Assembly (NCBI GenBank): GCA_051117555.1
Contig: JBNPEG010000024.1
Location: 1-17,391 of the forward strand
DNA from: Elainellaceae cyanobacterium
GTDB lineage: Bacteria; Cyanobacteriota; Cyanobacteriia; CAZCXK01
DNA: 17,391 nucleotides
Direction: 5' to 3'
Part shown: positions 8,905 through 17,190 of the stretch, in pieces
Numbering within the stretch: position 1 is the first letter of the stretch
How the letters are laid out: every line of letters starts with the position of its first letter
Translations under genes and position numbers: made by a program
Notes under the pieces: generated by a model
Told to the model about the DNA's origin: nothing
Databases searched by the model: none
The model's input: the letters and a program-made list of their open reading frames with translations, nothing else

Positions 8905-10179
8905 TTAGACGGCAGCCGGATCAAGCGTCGAAGACGTATTATTTTCTGACAAGCCTTGATAGAGCCGATCGAGCTGGGTTGCCACTCCATTCCAACTGAA
9001 GTAAGTTTTGACACGGTGTCTAGCGGCTTGCCCTAACTGGGCCTGCCATTCCGCATTTCCAATGATGCGGTCAATAGCATCAGCAAATGCTGCTGGATCT
9101 CTGGGAGGCGCTAATAATCCAGTGTCTTCAGACGCGACAGTAAACCGTAGCCCTCCCACATCACTGGCGACTACGGGCGTGCCACTTGCCATTGCCTCGA
9201 TCGCCACTAAGCCAAAGGGTTCGTAGTGACTCGGAACCACACACACATCAGCAGCTGCAAAATATGCGGGCAAGTCTGCGTCATCAAGGCGTCCTGGAAA
9301 TGTAGTACAGGCATCGAGACCAAGCTCAGCGACCAGATCTTCGATGCGATCGCGCTCTAACCCATCACTGTGTCCTGGACGACTGCCTCCCCCGATGATC
9401 AATCTAAAATCAGCATCCCGGCTAAATTTAGACTGCCCGACGGCACGCACAAGGGTTTCGATACCCTTACGCGGGTCAAATCGACCTACATAGAATACGA
9501 CCTTGGCAGGGTTAGGAATATTGAGGCGAGATCGAGCCTCAGTGCGAGATATAGAGCCAAATCGCTCGATATCTGTGCCGCAGGGAATAATCGTGCTTGC
9601 GCCCTCAGACGTGACGAGCGATCGCATGTCTTCGAGTTCTTGAGGACTAGTCGCAATAATTCGATCGGCTGTTTCAATGCAGGTTTTCTCGACGGCTAAG
9701 CGAGTCTCAGCAATGGGCGGCATAGGAGTCACGTTTTTATATTTCACCGCGCCCAACGAATGATGGGTATGGATATGGTGAATATTGGGCTGGCGCTTTT
9801 TCAACTCCATACCGACCCAGGCAGACAGCCAATAATTTGTATGAACAATTGAATGATGACGGTGAGAATCGGCTTGGAACTTAAGACATTCTTCGACAAA
9901 ATTGGGAAGGTACGAAAATATCTCATCACGGGTAACAAAATCTGCCGGCCCCGCATTCAACCGAATCGTTCGACATCCAGGCACATGTTCGACTTCGCCA
10001 GATTGACTCACACTCGTGCGCCGAGTAAACATATCGACCTGCCAACCTAAACGAGCCAGCGCTTCCCCCACATGACGAACATAAACGTTTTGTCCGCCTG
10101 CCTCTTCCTTACCGATGTCGATCGCGGGATCTCCATGCACCGAGATAAGGGCAATAGTCTTTTGGTGTTGAAAAACCAT
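8905..10179 (-). CDS. GT-B glycosyltransferase, sucrose-phosphate synthase (GT-domain-only type)
   Basis: IALISVHGDPAIDIGKEEAGGQNVYV, HTNYWLS, VGRFDPRKG and SHYEPFGLVAIEAMASG match the single-domain SPS-A/SPS-B type of filamentous cyanobacteria. No HAD phosphatase domain. Confidence 0.85.
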   Translation of the reverse strand: MVFQHQKTIALISVHGDPAIDIGKEEAGGQNVYVRHVGEALARLGWQVDMFTRRTSVSQSGEVEHVPGCRTIRLNAGPADFVTRDEIFSYLPNFVEECLKFQADSHRHHSIVHTNYWLSAWVGMELKKRQPNIHHIHTHHSLGAVKYKNVTPMPPIAETRLAVEKTCIETADRIIATSPQELEDMRSLVTSEGASTIIPCGTDIERFGSISRTEARSRLNIPNPAKVVFYVGRFDPRKGIETLVRAVGQSKFSRDADFRLIIGGGSRPGHSDGLERDRIEDLVAELGLDACTTFPGRLDDADLPAYFAAADVCVVPSHYEPFGLVAIEAMASGTPVVASDVGGLRFTVASEDTGLLAPPRDPAAFADAIDRIIGNAEWQAQLGQAARHRVKTYFSWNGVATQLDRLYQGLSENNTSSTLDPAAV

Positions 10180-10669
10180 AGTTTTTCTATCCAGGAGCCT
10201 GCTAGCTTAAATTAAACCGTGTCTATATTTAGGGATCTCTCAATCGTTTGAGGAAAATCTTGAGTCCAAGCTGAACGGATTCTAGCCAATCATGCCAGAA
10301 AGTGAAAATCGATTCAGATGAGATTATGACGCCATCGGTGTATGGGAATCCGTTAAAACCTTAGAGAGATCGCCAGACCCTTTTCAAACATCCGCTAAGC
10401 TCCAAACGCTCATGTAAGCAAATACATCCTAGACAGGCTGATATCAGCAAATTATGAAGGTCTATGGGATGTCAGTGCGCTGAAAAACTTGGCTGATGGT
10501 GATAATTTCCGCTAAACGCCATTTGGATCGCTGGAGGAAGGAAGCAGTAATGATTTTTTAACATGCGTGCCGACAGGGTTAATACCCTCTTTGCCCCTTT
10601 TGTTATCTCCCATACAAAATTAACATGAAACGAGGCTTGGGCAGCTATATTAATCAGGGCGATCGCCCC

Positions 10670-10704
10670 ATTCCATCCCCTATTCCATCGCCCATTCCAT
10701 CCCT
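10670..10704 (+). repeat. Three 12-bp-period short tandem repeats
   Basis: ATTCCATC core at 10670, 10682 and 10694, directly after the palindrome GGGCGATCGCCC (10657-10668). Confidence 0.8.
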
Positions 10705-10768
10705 AGACTGGCGATTTTTGATTCGAATTTAGAGATTCTAGATTTGTGTAAGTTCTTAAGATAGAATC

Positions 10769-10777
10769 TGCTAAGAT
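10769..10777 (+). promoter_or_regulatory. Candidate extended -10 promoter of tRNA-Ser
   Basis: TGcTAAGAT ends 17 nt upstream of the tRNA 5' end. Confidence 0.4.
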
Positions 10778-10794
10778 CGTAGTCCATGACTTCT

Positions 10795-10883
10795 GGAGAG
10801 GTGGCTGAGTGGTCGAAAGCGGCAGATTGCTAATCTGTTGATGGGTTTAGGTCCATCCGAGGGTTCGAATCCCTCTCTCTCCG
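10795..10883 (+). tRNA. trnS: tRNA-Ser (GCT)
   Basis: Acceptor GGAGAGG/TCTCTCC plus discriminator G. Anticodon arm GCAGA-TTGCTAA-TCTGT (GCT at 10829-10831). Long variable arm GATGG...CCATC. T-arm GAGGG-TTCGAAT-CCCTC. CCA is not encoded. Confidence 0.98.
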
Positions 10884-10911
10884 TTCAATGCACCTGGCAA
10901 TAGACGTTTTG

Positions 10912-10946
10912 GCCAGCCTTGCTCTATGCGAAGCTGGCTTAATTTT
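10912..10946 (+). terminator. Candidate terminator after tRNA-Ser
   Basis: GCCAGC...GCTGGC stem followed by TTAATTTT. Confidence 0.5.
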
Positions 10947-11000
10947 GCCTGTTTCACCGTCGTATTTTGTCATTATTTACGGTGCAATTGAGTGATAAAT

Positions 11001-11022
11001 TAGGGAAATTGTAGGGAAATTG
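11001..11022 (+). repeat. Tandem 11-bp direct repeat, possible integrase arm-type sites
   Basis: TAGGGAAATTG x2 between the tRNA and the integrase start. Confidence 0.6.
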
Positions 11023-11035
11023 GTGAGCGCCAGGT

Positions 11036-11254
11036 ATGCCCAAGGACTTTTCAGAGCGGATTAAAGAGGCAAACAGTCATTTGGATAGGGTGCGGATTCG
11101 GGAAAAGTCGGGGCGGTTATACGTCAGAAGCTCTCAGTTTCCTGTCAAACCTGGAGACGAATCAGGAAAGCAATATGAAATCTCGTGTAAGGCTCGTGCA
11201 ACCCCGGCTGGTCTGAAGGCGGCGATCGCCATCACAACGGTGTTTGCGCGCTGA
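11036..11254 (+). pseudogene. Truncated site-specific (tyrosine) integrase N-terminus
   Basis: RIKEANSHL.RVRIREKSGRLYVRS..FPVKPG...Q.EIS...ATPAGLKAA resembles the arm-binding N-terminus of cyanobacterial tRNA-targeting integrases. Located next to the tRNA. Similarity ends at HIP1 11221-11230. Confidence 0.75.
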
Positions 11255-12959
11255 TCTTTCCATTCACAGCAGAAATTGCGACGATTCGAGGAGAGGCTAA
11301 ATAGTTGTGCGCGGTTGGATCACCACTGCGCCCCTTAAAGTTTCGATTCGTCGCGTAAATGCCTACTTCATTTTGACCTAAAACGCCCAATCCAGAATTA
11401 ATGCATGCTCCGCAGCCTGACTTGAGAATCTGCGCGCCCGCTCTTTCTAACGTGTCTAAATAGCCCAATGCTTCAGCCTGTTGCCGAATCGCTTGAGAGG
11501 CTGGAACAACGAATAAATTTACCGTTGGAGCAACCCTGCGCCCTTTGAGCACCTCAGCAGCTTGGGCTAGGTCAAATAGTTTTCCTCCTGTACATGAGCC
11601 GATAAAGGCTCGCGTGATCGGCACGTCTCCTAATTCGCTAATTCCTACAACCTGATCCGGTTTGGGAGGGCAGGCAATCTGCGGTTCTAACTGACTCAAA
11701 TCAAAGGAATAGATTTGTTCATACACTGCATTCTCATCTCCGATCATATCTTCAATAGTCTCTTCAATCATGCTTTTGATGCCGTCTGTGGTATGGCATT
11801 GAAGATAGTTGCGAGTCGTATCATCAACGGGCATCACGCCACACATAGCGCCGCATTCGATCGCCATGTTTGATAGAGTCATCCGCTCATCCATCGGTAA
11901 TTGCTCGATGATGCCACCGCGAAACTCGATAACCCGACCTGTTGCGCCATCACAGCCAATCTGCCCCACTATGAACAGCATGATATCTTTGGCGCTGATA
12001 GGAGGGGGCAAGGTGCCTGATAGCTCGATGAGCAGCGTTGGTGGTACTCGAATCCACATATCACCTGTGGCAAAGATGTTTGCCATGTCGGTCGTACCAA
12101 CACCCGTCGAAAAGCAACCAAAGGCTCCATAGGTGCAACTATGGGAATCTGTTCCTGCAATGACCATACCGGGACGAATGAAGCCATGTTCAGGAAGAAG
12201 TACATGACAAATCCCCGCTGCTTCGCCCGGAGAAATGATGTCAAACAGGTGACAGCCTTGCTCATGAGCAAACTCGACCATCTGCTCATACATCACAGTT
12301 GCGTGAGGATCATGGCGAATATCATTAACCTGAATGAAATGGTCAGCCACAAGTACGATCTTGCTAGCATCCCAAACTGTTGCCTCCTGGCCGAAATGCT
12401 GATGAAACAGTCGCCCCACAGGGCCGGCGATCGCATCATGAGACATCGCCAAATCAACGGCGGCAAACACCACCTCTCCCGGCTGCACATACGCATTTCC
12501 GGACGCGGCTGCGAGGAGCTTTTCAACCCGTGTCATGGGACGAGGAGACGTTTGATGGTTAGGAATGGTTAACTCGCCCCGCAGACGATGATGATTAAAC
12601 GGAATCAGCCCGCCTGCGTGGGCGATCGCCTCGATGACTGGATTATGCTGGTCTTGCCCAATAATATCTAGGGGCAAACCGATGTTGATGCTGTTGCGAC
12701 AAAAGATCTCGGCAAACGATTGAGCACGGACTTTCTGAATGCCTGCCGCTTTAATGGCGATCGGTGCAAACTCCCGGCTCGAGCCACATCCAAAGTTGTG
12801 CCCTGCTTCGATGACATCATACTCTGAAAGTTTTCCCGCTCCAATCAGATGTTCAAATGCATAGTGTGCCAAATGCTTGAGGTCGGCGTTGGTTCCGCGT
12901 TTTGCTGGAATAATATCGTCTGTGTTGATGTCATCTCCCAGAAACAGAATCTGTGTCAT
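11232..12959 (-). CDS. Fused small+large subunit aconitase-family dehydratase (LeuD-LeuC / homoaconitase-like)
   Basis: N-terminal swivel domain (DDINTDDIIPA, NFGCGSSREFA, SFAEIFCRNSINIG) followed by a large subunit (SHD, DH, GICH, GTDSHSCTYGA, GSCTGG, GCGAC, ATNRNFKGR, YLASP). Confidence 0.93.
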   Translation of the reverse strand: MTQILFLGDDINTDDIIPAKRGTNADLKHLAHYAFEHLIGAGKLSEYDVIEAGHNFGCGSSREFAPIAIKAAGIQKVRAQSFAEIFCRNSINIGLPLDIIGQDQHNPVIEAIAHAGGLIPFNHHRLRGELTIPNHQTSPRPMTRVEKLLAAASGNAYVQPGEVVFAAVDLAMSHDAIAGPVGRLFHQHFGQEATVWDASKIVLVADHFIQVNDIRHDPHATVMYEQMVEFAHEQGCHLFDIISPGEAAGICHVLLPEHGFIRPGMVIAGTDSHSCTYGAFGCFSTGVGTTDMANIFATGDMWIRVPPTLLIELSGTLPPPISAKDIMLFIVGQIGCDGATGRVIEFRGGIIEQLPMDERMTLSNMAIECGAMCGVMPVDDTTRNYLQCHTTDGIKSMIEETIEDMIGDENAVYEQIYSFDLSQLEPQIACPPKPDQVVGISELGDVPITRAFIGSCTGGKLFDLAQAAEVLKGRRVAPTVNLFVVPASQAIRQQAEALGYLDTLERAGAQILKSGCGACINSGLGVLGQNEVGIYATNRNFKGRSGDPTAHNYLASPRIVAISAVNGKISAQTPL

Positions 12960-12980
12960 GGCAGTTTGGGGGGTCTAAGT

Positions 12981-13004
12981 TGCGGACGTGAATGCGGACG
13001 TGAA
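12981..13004 (+). repeat. 12-bp tandem duplication upstream of the dehydratase gene
   Basis: TGCGGACGTGAA x2. Confidence 0.85.
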
Positions 13005-13098
13005 AGGCTGACTTGAAGCAGATAAGGCTGTTTCAGTATGAAATATGATCACTCTCTAATCAATGACACAAGCGATTGCTACACGAGTTTTAGACTGA

Positions 13099-14163
13099 TT
13101 AATTGAAAGATTGCTCCCGTTCCATAAAAAGGCTGTAGATATAGCCTCGCTGACCATTTGAAAGAATGATAGGTAGCCATCCATTCCCTTCGAGTATTGC
13201 TAATCGCTGTTGCTCCGAGAAATGATTCAAAGTTTGAATATCTACTCGCACTACTTCGTTTGAAACTTGACCAATTACTTCGCCGTCTAGATTGGGATCT
13301 GTCCGTATATTGACTGCTTCTCCTACGATCATTACAGAGGACTGGAATGGTGCCGCATCTATTAAATGAGTCGAGGTGATTGTATCACTCCCATTTGAGT
13401 CATTTTCATCATCCTCAAATATTGAGGTAAGGTCACATTCTTCAATAAATGCACGAACTGATTGATCGATTTCGTATAACTCTACAACCAAAATAAGAAA
13501 TTCATCTGAATAAGCCTCTTCTGGAGCTAGGGTATAGACTGCATCTATGATGCTAGGAATCTCCAATGCGGCTTGCAAATTATCGTCTATACATTGTTTA
13601 AGACGATCTTTCACATCTTCTGGAAGTTCGTCGCCATCCTTAATATTGGTATTTAACCTTCGAGATTGATTCGCATAGCGTAAGTTTTGCTCGAACTGAT
13701 CAGATGATAGAGGAATAAGTGAATCCGAAACAAAAAATTGATGTCCTAGCAAAATAATTCCTGTAATCACCAACATCGCTTGTAAGAAGGGGATTTTATC
13801 CGGTAATTTAGTGATTACATAAATCCGGATTCCATTAGGCTCAACCAGCTTAACTATAATCTCGATGTTTGTATTTTCAGCCTTCAAGCAAAAACATACT
13901 TCAAGGAATTTTTGCTCGACTGTGATGGACAAAGAATCTCTGTTGAGCCAGCCTATAAATCCCTTAGAGGGCATGATATAAACAAAAGTTTCACGAATAA
14001 ATTCAAGAGAGATGCTTTCAGGAAAAATAAACTTGATTGTATATCTGCCAGATGGTAAATCGAAAAACTTTTTCCATCCAGGTATAGAGACTGATCCAGA
14101 TTTAATTTCTTCACCTTCTGCATTTTTCAGAACGATTTGGATTGAGGGGTTCTGGTCTGACAT
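13099..14163 (-). CDS. Hypothetical membrane-anchored protein with C-terminal bacterial SH3-like domain
   Basis: Hydrophobic segment IPFLQAMLVITGIILLGHQFFV. C-terminal AVNIRTDPNLDGEVIGQV...GWLPI...GQRGYIYS is SH3b-like. AT-rich. Confidence 0.7.
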   Translation of the reverse strand: MSDQNPSIQIVLKNAEGEEIKSGSVSIPGWKKFFDLPSGRYTIKFIFPESISLEFIRETFVYIMPSKGFIGWLNRDSLSITVEQKFLEVCFCLKAENTNIEIIVKLVEPNGIRIYVITKLPDKIPFLQAMLVITGIILLGHQFFVSDSLIPLSSDQFEQNLRYANQSRRLNTNIKDGDELPEDVKDRLKQCIDDNLQAALEIPSIIDAVYTLAPEEAYSDEFLILVVELYEIDQSVRAFIEECDLTSIFEDDENDSNGSDTITSTHLIDAAPFQSSVMIVGEAVNIRTDPNLDGEVIGQVSNEVVRVDIQTLNHFSEQQRLAILEGNGWLPIILSNGQRGYIYSLFMEREQSFN

Positions 14164-14496
14164 AGTAAATTATTTAGCTTTTATTTCAGGTAATGACTTG
14201 AATGCTGGAGATTAACCTCAATAGCTTACGCAAAAGACATTGCTAAAAGCCATCTGTCAGTTTTCAGCATCCAATATGGGATTTTTCCTAAATAATACTT
14301 CTGGCAGGGTAAATTAAAATCAAATTTTTCTATAATTAAACGATTAATTGATCGATAACAGCATGCGGTAAAACCGAGAACACGCTGAAACTCGAAAGAT
14401 ATGAGAGGATGTTTGAAAATTTCTGGCGATTATAGATGCTCTGTGGCTTCGACGGTTTTTGTCCGGGTAGCCTGCGTTTCGCAAGCGACATGTAAC

Positions 14497-14527
14497 GCGT
14501 TCGCGTAGCGTTCCAAAGGAAAGCATC
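14497..14527. repeat. Cyanobacterial short dispersed repeat-like motif
   Basis: GCGTTCGCGTAGCGTTCCAAAGGAAAGCATC resembles small dispersed repeats I recall from filamentous cyanobacteria. Only one copy in this window. Confidence 0.4.
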
Positions 14528-14621
14528 TCTATAAAAAGAACGCTAGTCGCCAAGGCAACAAAGAACCTTATCTTAAAGACCTAATTAATCTATGGTCGGT
14601 TATTGTTATTAAGCTATCGAG

Positions 14622-14780
14622 GTCGCAGATCGACATATTGAAGCCTTAGATCGTTAAACTGAGACGACAACATGTCGATCTAAGGTCGCAGATCGACATA
14701 TTGAAGTCGCAGATCGACATATTGAAGTCGCAGATCGACATATTGAAGCCGCAGATCGACATATTGAAGTCGCAGATCGA
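14622..14780. repeat. 21-bp-register tandem array with one degenerate and one inverted unit
   Basis: GTCGCAGATCGACATATTGAA at 14622, 14685, 14706, 14727, 14748 (T>C variant) and partial at 14769. Unit 14643-14663 is degenerate. Unit 14664-14684 is reverse-oriented. Confidence 0.95.
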
Positions 14781-14794
14781 GACGTATTAGGTTA

Positions 14795-14862
14795 GACTGA
14801 CTGACAAAGATTCTGCATTGGGCGAGGAAATCTCGCCCAATGCAGAATTTCGGACAATGTAG
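14795..14862. repeat. 68-bp REP-like hairpin element, copy 1
   Basis: Perfect 17-bp stem 14810-14826 / 14832-14848 with loop GAAAT. Direct-repeat homolog at 17191-17258. Confidence 0.9.
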
Positions 14863-15169
14863 TTACCTGACCCTTTGAATGGTCTGGGTTCGGGTAAGTT
14901 TTGCAAGTCAATCAGGGTTAGACGTTGCCTGTTATCTCTCCCCTTCAAATGGGCATATTGCATATAAGTCTAATGCAGGCCGCATTGCTTAACCTCAAAG
15001 CATAGGCGCTGTGTTAGGGACGATGCCCCATTGCACGATGAACTAGCCTGTAGTCTTTCAACTCCCTTGCAAGACTGAATCACTTCTCTAAAAACTACCC
15101 GTGCCTCCAAAGGGTAAGACACACATCCGCTTCAAACCTATACCCTTCGATTACTAAAGGAATCTTGTC

Positions 15170-15532
15170 ATGCCACAGCCTGACACGAGTCGACGGCTCC
15201 AAACTCGGCTCATTCTTCAAGATATTGACTCAATGCACGGGCTTCATACCATTCCTGAATTTACGATTGGTCGAGCCGAAGCAACACCCAAATCGTTGCA
15301 AGAAGCCTATGCTGTCATGCAGGAAAAGCAGCAAAAAGAAACTGAAATGCTCATGCTCCAGAAGGCGGCAAGCGATGCTGCACGACTGGCTGAATGGGAA
15401 TTTCACAATCGCGTTTTGGCGATGAAAGAATCTGTGCGGGGACACTTTGGTCCAGATAGTGATGAAGCGCAAGCAGTAGGCTACAAGAAGAAGTCTGAGC
15501 ATAAGCGCCCTCGTCGTCGTCCTGCCGCATAA
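15170..15532 (+). CDS. Hypothetical helical protein (120 aa) with basic C-terminal tail
   Basis: AAGGA SD-like motif upstream. Long amphipathic helix ending AEWEFHN...VRGHFGPDSDEAQAVGYKKKSEHKRPRRR, a motif I recognise from uncharacterised proteins. Confidence 0.85.
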   Translation: MPQPDTSRRLQTRLILQDIDSMHGLHTIPEFTIGRAEATPKSLQEAYAVMQEKQQKETEMLMLQKAASDAARLAEWEFHNRVLAMKESVRGHFGPDSDEAQAVGYKKKSEHKRPRRRPAA

Positions 15533-15565
15533 CGAGGAAACGAGTTCTGTCACACGCAAGAGAAT

Positions 15566-15591
15566 GGTGCTGTGAGTCTACTTGCAGCACC
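15566..15591 (+). terminator. Hairpin downstream of the 120-aa gene
   Basis: GGTGCTGTGAG...CTTGCAGCACC stem with G-U pairs. No strong U-tract. Confidence 0.4.
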
Positions 15592-15893
15592 CTGTCAATC
15601 CACAGCTTATGTCAATGTGTTAATGCAATGTGTTAATGGGCGACGCTGATTTAAGGAATGATAGTTGGAGGGGCATAGCCCTGTGTCGCACTCAAGGGGG
15701 ATACCCTTATGTCGTATAACACAATGCCATGCCCGTACAGAGCGGAATTTACAGCTTTCGAATCCTTTGCACACTGTAATGAGACTTTAAATCAATACTG
15801 AAGATTGCTTAAAGCTGATTTGGTGTTTCAAATTGGTCTAAACCGGAAAATCTATACTTAAAAAATGAGGCTGCTTAAGTTTGGTGTTTTGCT

Positions 15894-16556
15894 ATGAAAA
15901 GAGGCGATCGGCGCAATGACAATTACGACAACTCGGTTAGAAATCCACATGGGCGACAGGTAGAACCCGTCTCTGCTCATGAGTCAAAACAACTCATCAT
16001 GACTCTGCGAGCACAAAAGACCGAGTTGCAGCAACAGGTTCAACAAACTGAACAGCAGGCAGAACAAAATCATCATCTGTATTTAGAAGAGCAACAGCGA
16101 TATCAATCCACCCTGACGCTCTATCGAGAAGCAGAGACTCAAGCTCAGTCTTATCTGGCTCTTTACGATCAAGAAAAAGCTCGCAGCGGTGAGCTGTTGG
16201 TGAAATTTGAAACCGTTCAAATGGAACGAGATCAATACATTACTCTCTATAATGAAGCTCAGTCTCAGCTTAAATATGAGCGTCGCTCAAAAGCAGGCAT
16301 TAAAGGGTGGGAAACACGCCGTAAGCGCGAGAATGAACGGCTGAAACAAGAGATTAGCGAAATGACTGTTCTGCTGCGCGATTCACTGACCCGCCGAGAT
16401 GCAGCGATCACCAACCTAGAAGAGCTGGCAACTCGCATGGATCGTATTCACAGCCTAGTTAACTCTGTAGAAAACGATTCTACAGATAATCCCATCGGTT
16501 TACTGCAAAAGTTCAAGCGCATTTGGCACGCTATTCAAGATATTCTGGCAGAATAG
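15894..16556 (+). CDS. Coiled-coil hypothetical protein (220 aa)
   Basis: Q/E-rich heptads with recurring LY, plus an ERRSKAGIKGWETRRKRENERLK motif. TATACT -10-like box at 15853-15858. Confidence 0.85.
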   Translation: MKRGDRRNDNYDNSVRNPHGRQVEPVSAHESKQLIMTLRAQKTELQQQVQQTEQQAEQNHHLYLEEQQRYQSTLTLYREAETQAQSYLALYDQEKARSGELLVKFETVQMERDQYITLYNEAQSQLKYERRSKAGIKGWETRRKRENERLKQEISEMTVLLRDSLTRRDAAITNLEELATRMDRIHSLVNSVENDSTDNPIGLLQKFKRIWHAIQDILAE

Positions 16557-16568
16557 AGCTGAATTCAC

Positions 16569-17123
16569 ATGAATGATGTAATTAGAAACAGTTCAGCGTC
16601 TAGTATTCCACCGTCTCAAAACTCACCACTGGGCGATCGCATTCGCACGATTGCCAATCAACTGCGGCAAGAAGATGAGGTGCAAATCAAAGCTACGTCT
16701 CGCATTTTAGGAGCCGCAGCTAAACTTGCCGAAAACCACGATCGCCTGATTGACGAAGTTGTAGAGATGGTGGAGGACGATCTTGATCAAGCCGCTCAGT
16801 TCAGTTCAACCGAACCTTACACCGTTGAACAACTCCAGCAGCAGTTCAAAAACTTCAATGATGCCAAAGCCCATTTCAATCTCACAGCAAGAAGCTGGGC
16901 ATCTCTAGTCGATAAGCTCAACGAGCAATCCCACCCCCCTCAGACAACAAAGTCGCCTGCGGCAAAGACTCCGCAATCAACACTCAACCCCCCAAGCAAC
17001 GGCACTCAAGATGCGGTTGTTCAACGCCTCGGAGGGATTGAGCGGGATATCCAAATGATGCGAGGAGATCTGAATCAGATGTTGAAACTTCTAGAGCAGC
17101 TCGTCAAACAGGTGTCAAATTAG
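16569..17123 (+). CDS. Hypothetical protein (184 aa), probably co-transcribed with the upstream gene
   Basis: 12-bp gap from the upstream gene. Small central domain YTVEQLQQQFKNFNDAKAHFNLTARSWASLVDKLN and a C-terminal coiled coil. Confidence 0.85.
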   Translation: MNDVIRNSSASSIPPSQNSPLGDRIRTIANQLRQEDEVQIKATSRILGAAAKLAENHDRLIDEVVEMVEDDLDQAAQFSSTEPYTVEQLQQQFKNFNDAKAHFNLTARSWASLVDKLNEQSHPPQTTKSPAAKTPQSTLNPPSNGTQDAVVQRLGGIERDIQMMRGDLNQMLKLLEQLVKQVSN

Positions 17124-17136
17124 CGATCGCCCTTCA

Positions 17137-17190
17137 TATAGCAATCCCAATGATTTGTAAAAATTTCCAGTGCAAGCGAGACGCTCGCCT
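17137..17190. mobile_element. IS630-type MITE-like element, copy 3 (left part only)
   Basis: TTCATATAGCAATCCCAA at 17133-17150 is identical to 4327-4344. Followed by a GCGAGACGCTCGC mini-hairpin and then the 68-bp element. Confidence 0.65.

Noticed and set aside
10260..10560. c-di-AMP or other riboswitch upstream of the SPS-type gene
   Set aside because: No conserved riboswitch motifs were recognisable in the correct orientation.
14622..14780. CRISPR array
   Set aside because: Units are contiguous with no unique spacers, and there are no cas genes in the window.
14622..14780. Coding heptad repeat (SQIDILK frame)
   Set aside because: The frame is interrupted by TAG at 14647-14649 and I found no suitable start upstream. 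The VADRHIE frame also stops (TAA).
15165..15590. Alternative ORFs overlapping the 120-aa gene
   Set aside because: Shadow frames. The 15170-15532 frame has the SD-like site and the recognisable motif.
15757..15765. attR copy of the tRNA-Ser 3' end (TTCGAATCC)
   Set aside because: Only a 9-bp match, and it does not extend into the acceptor stem.
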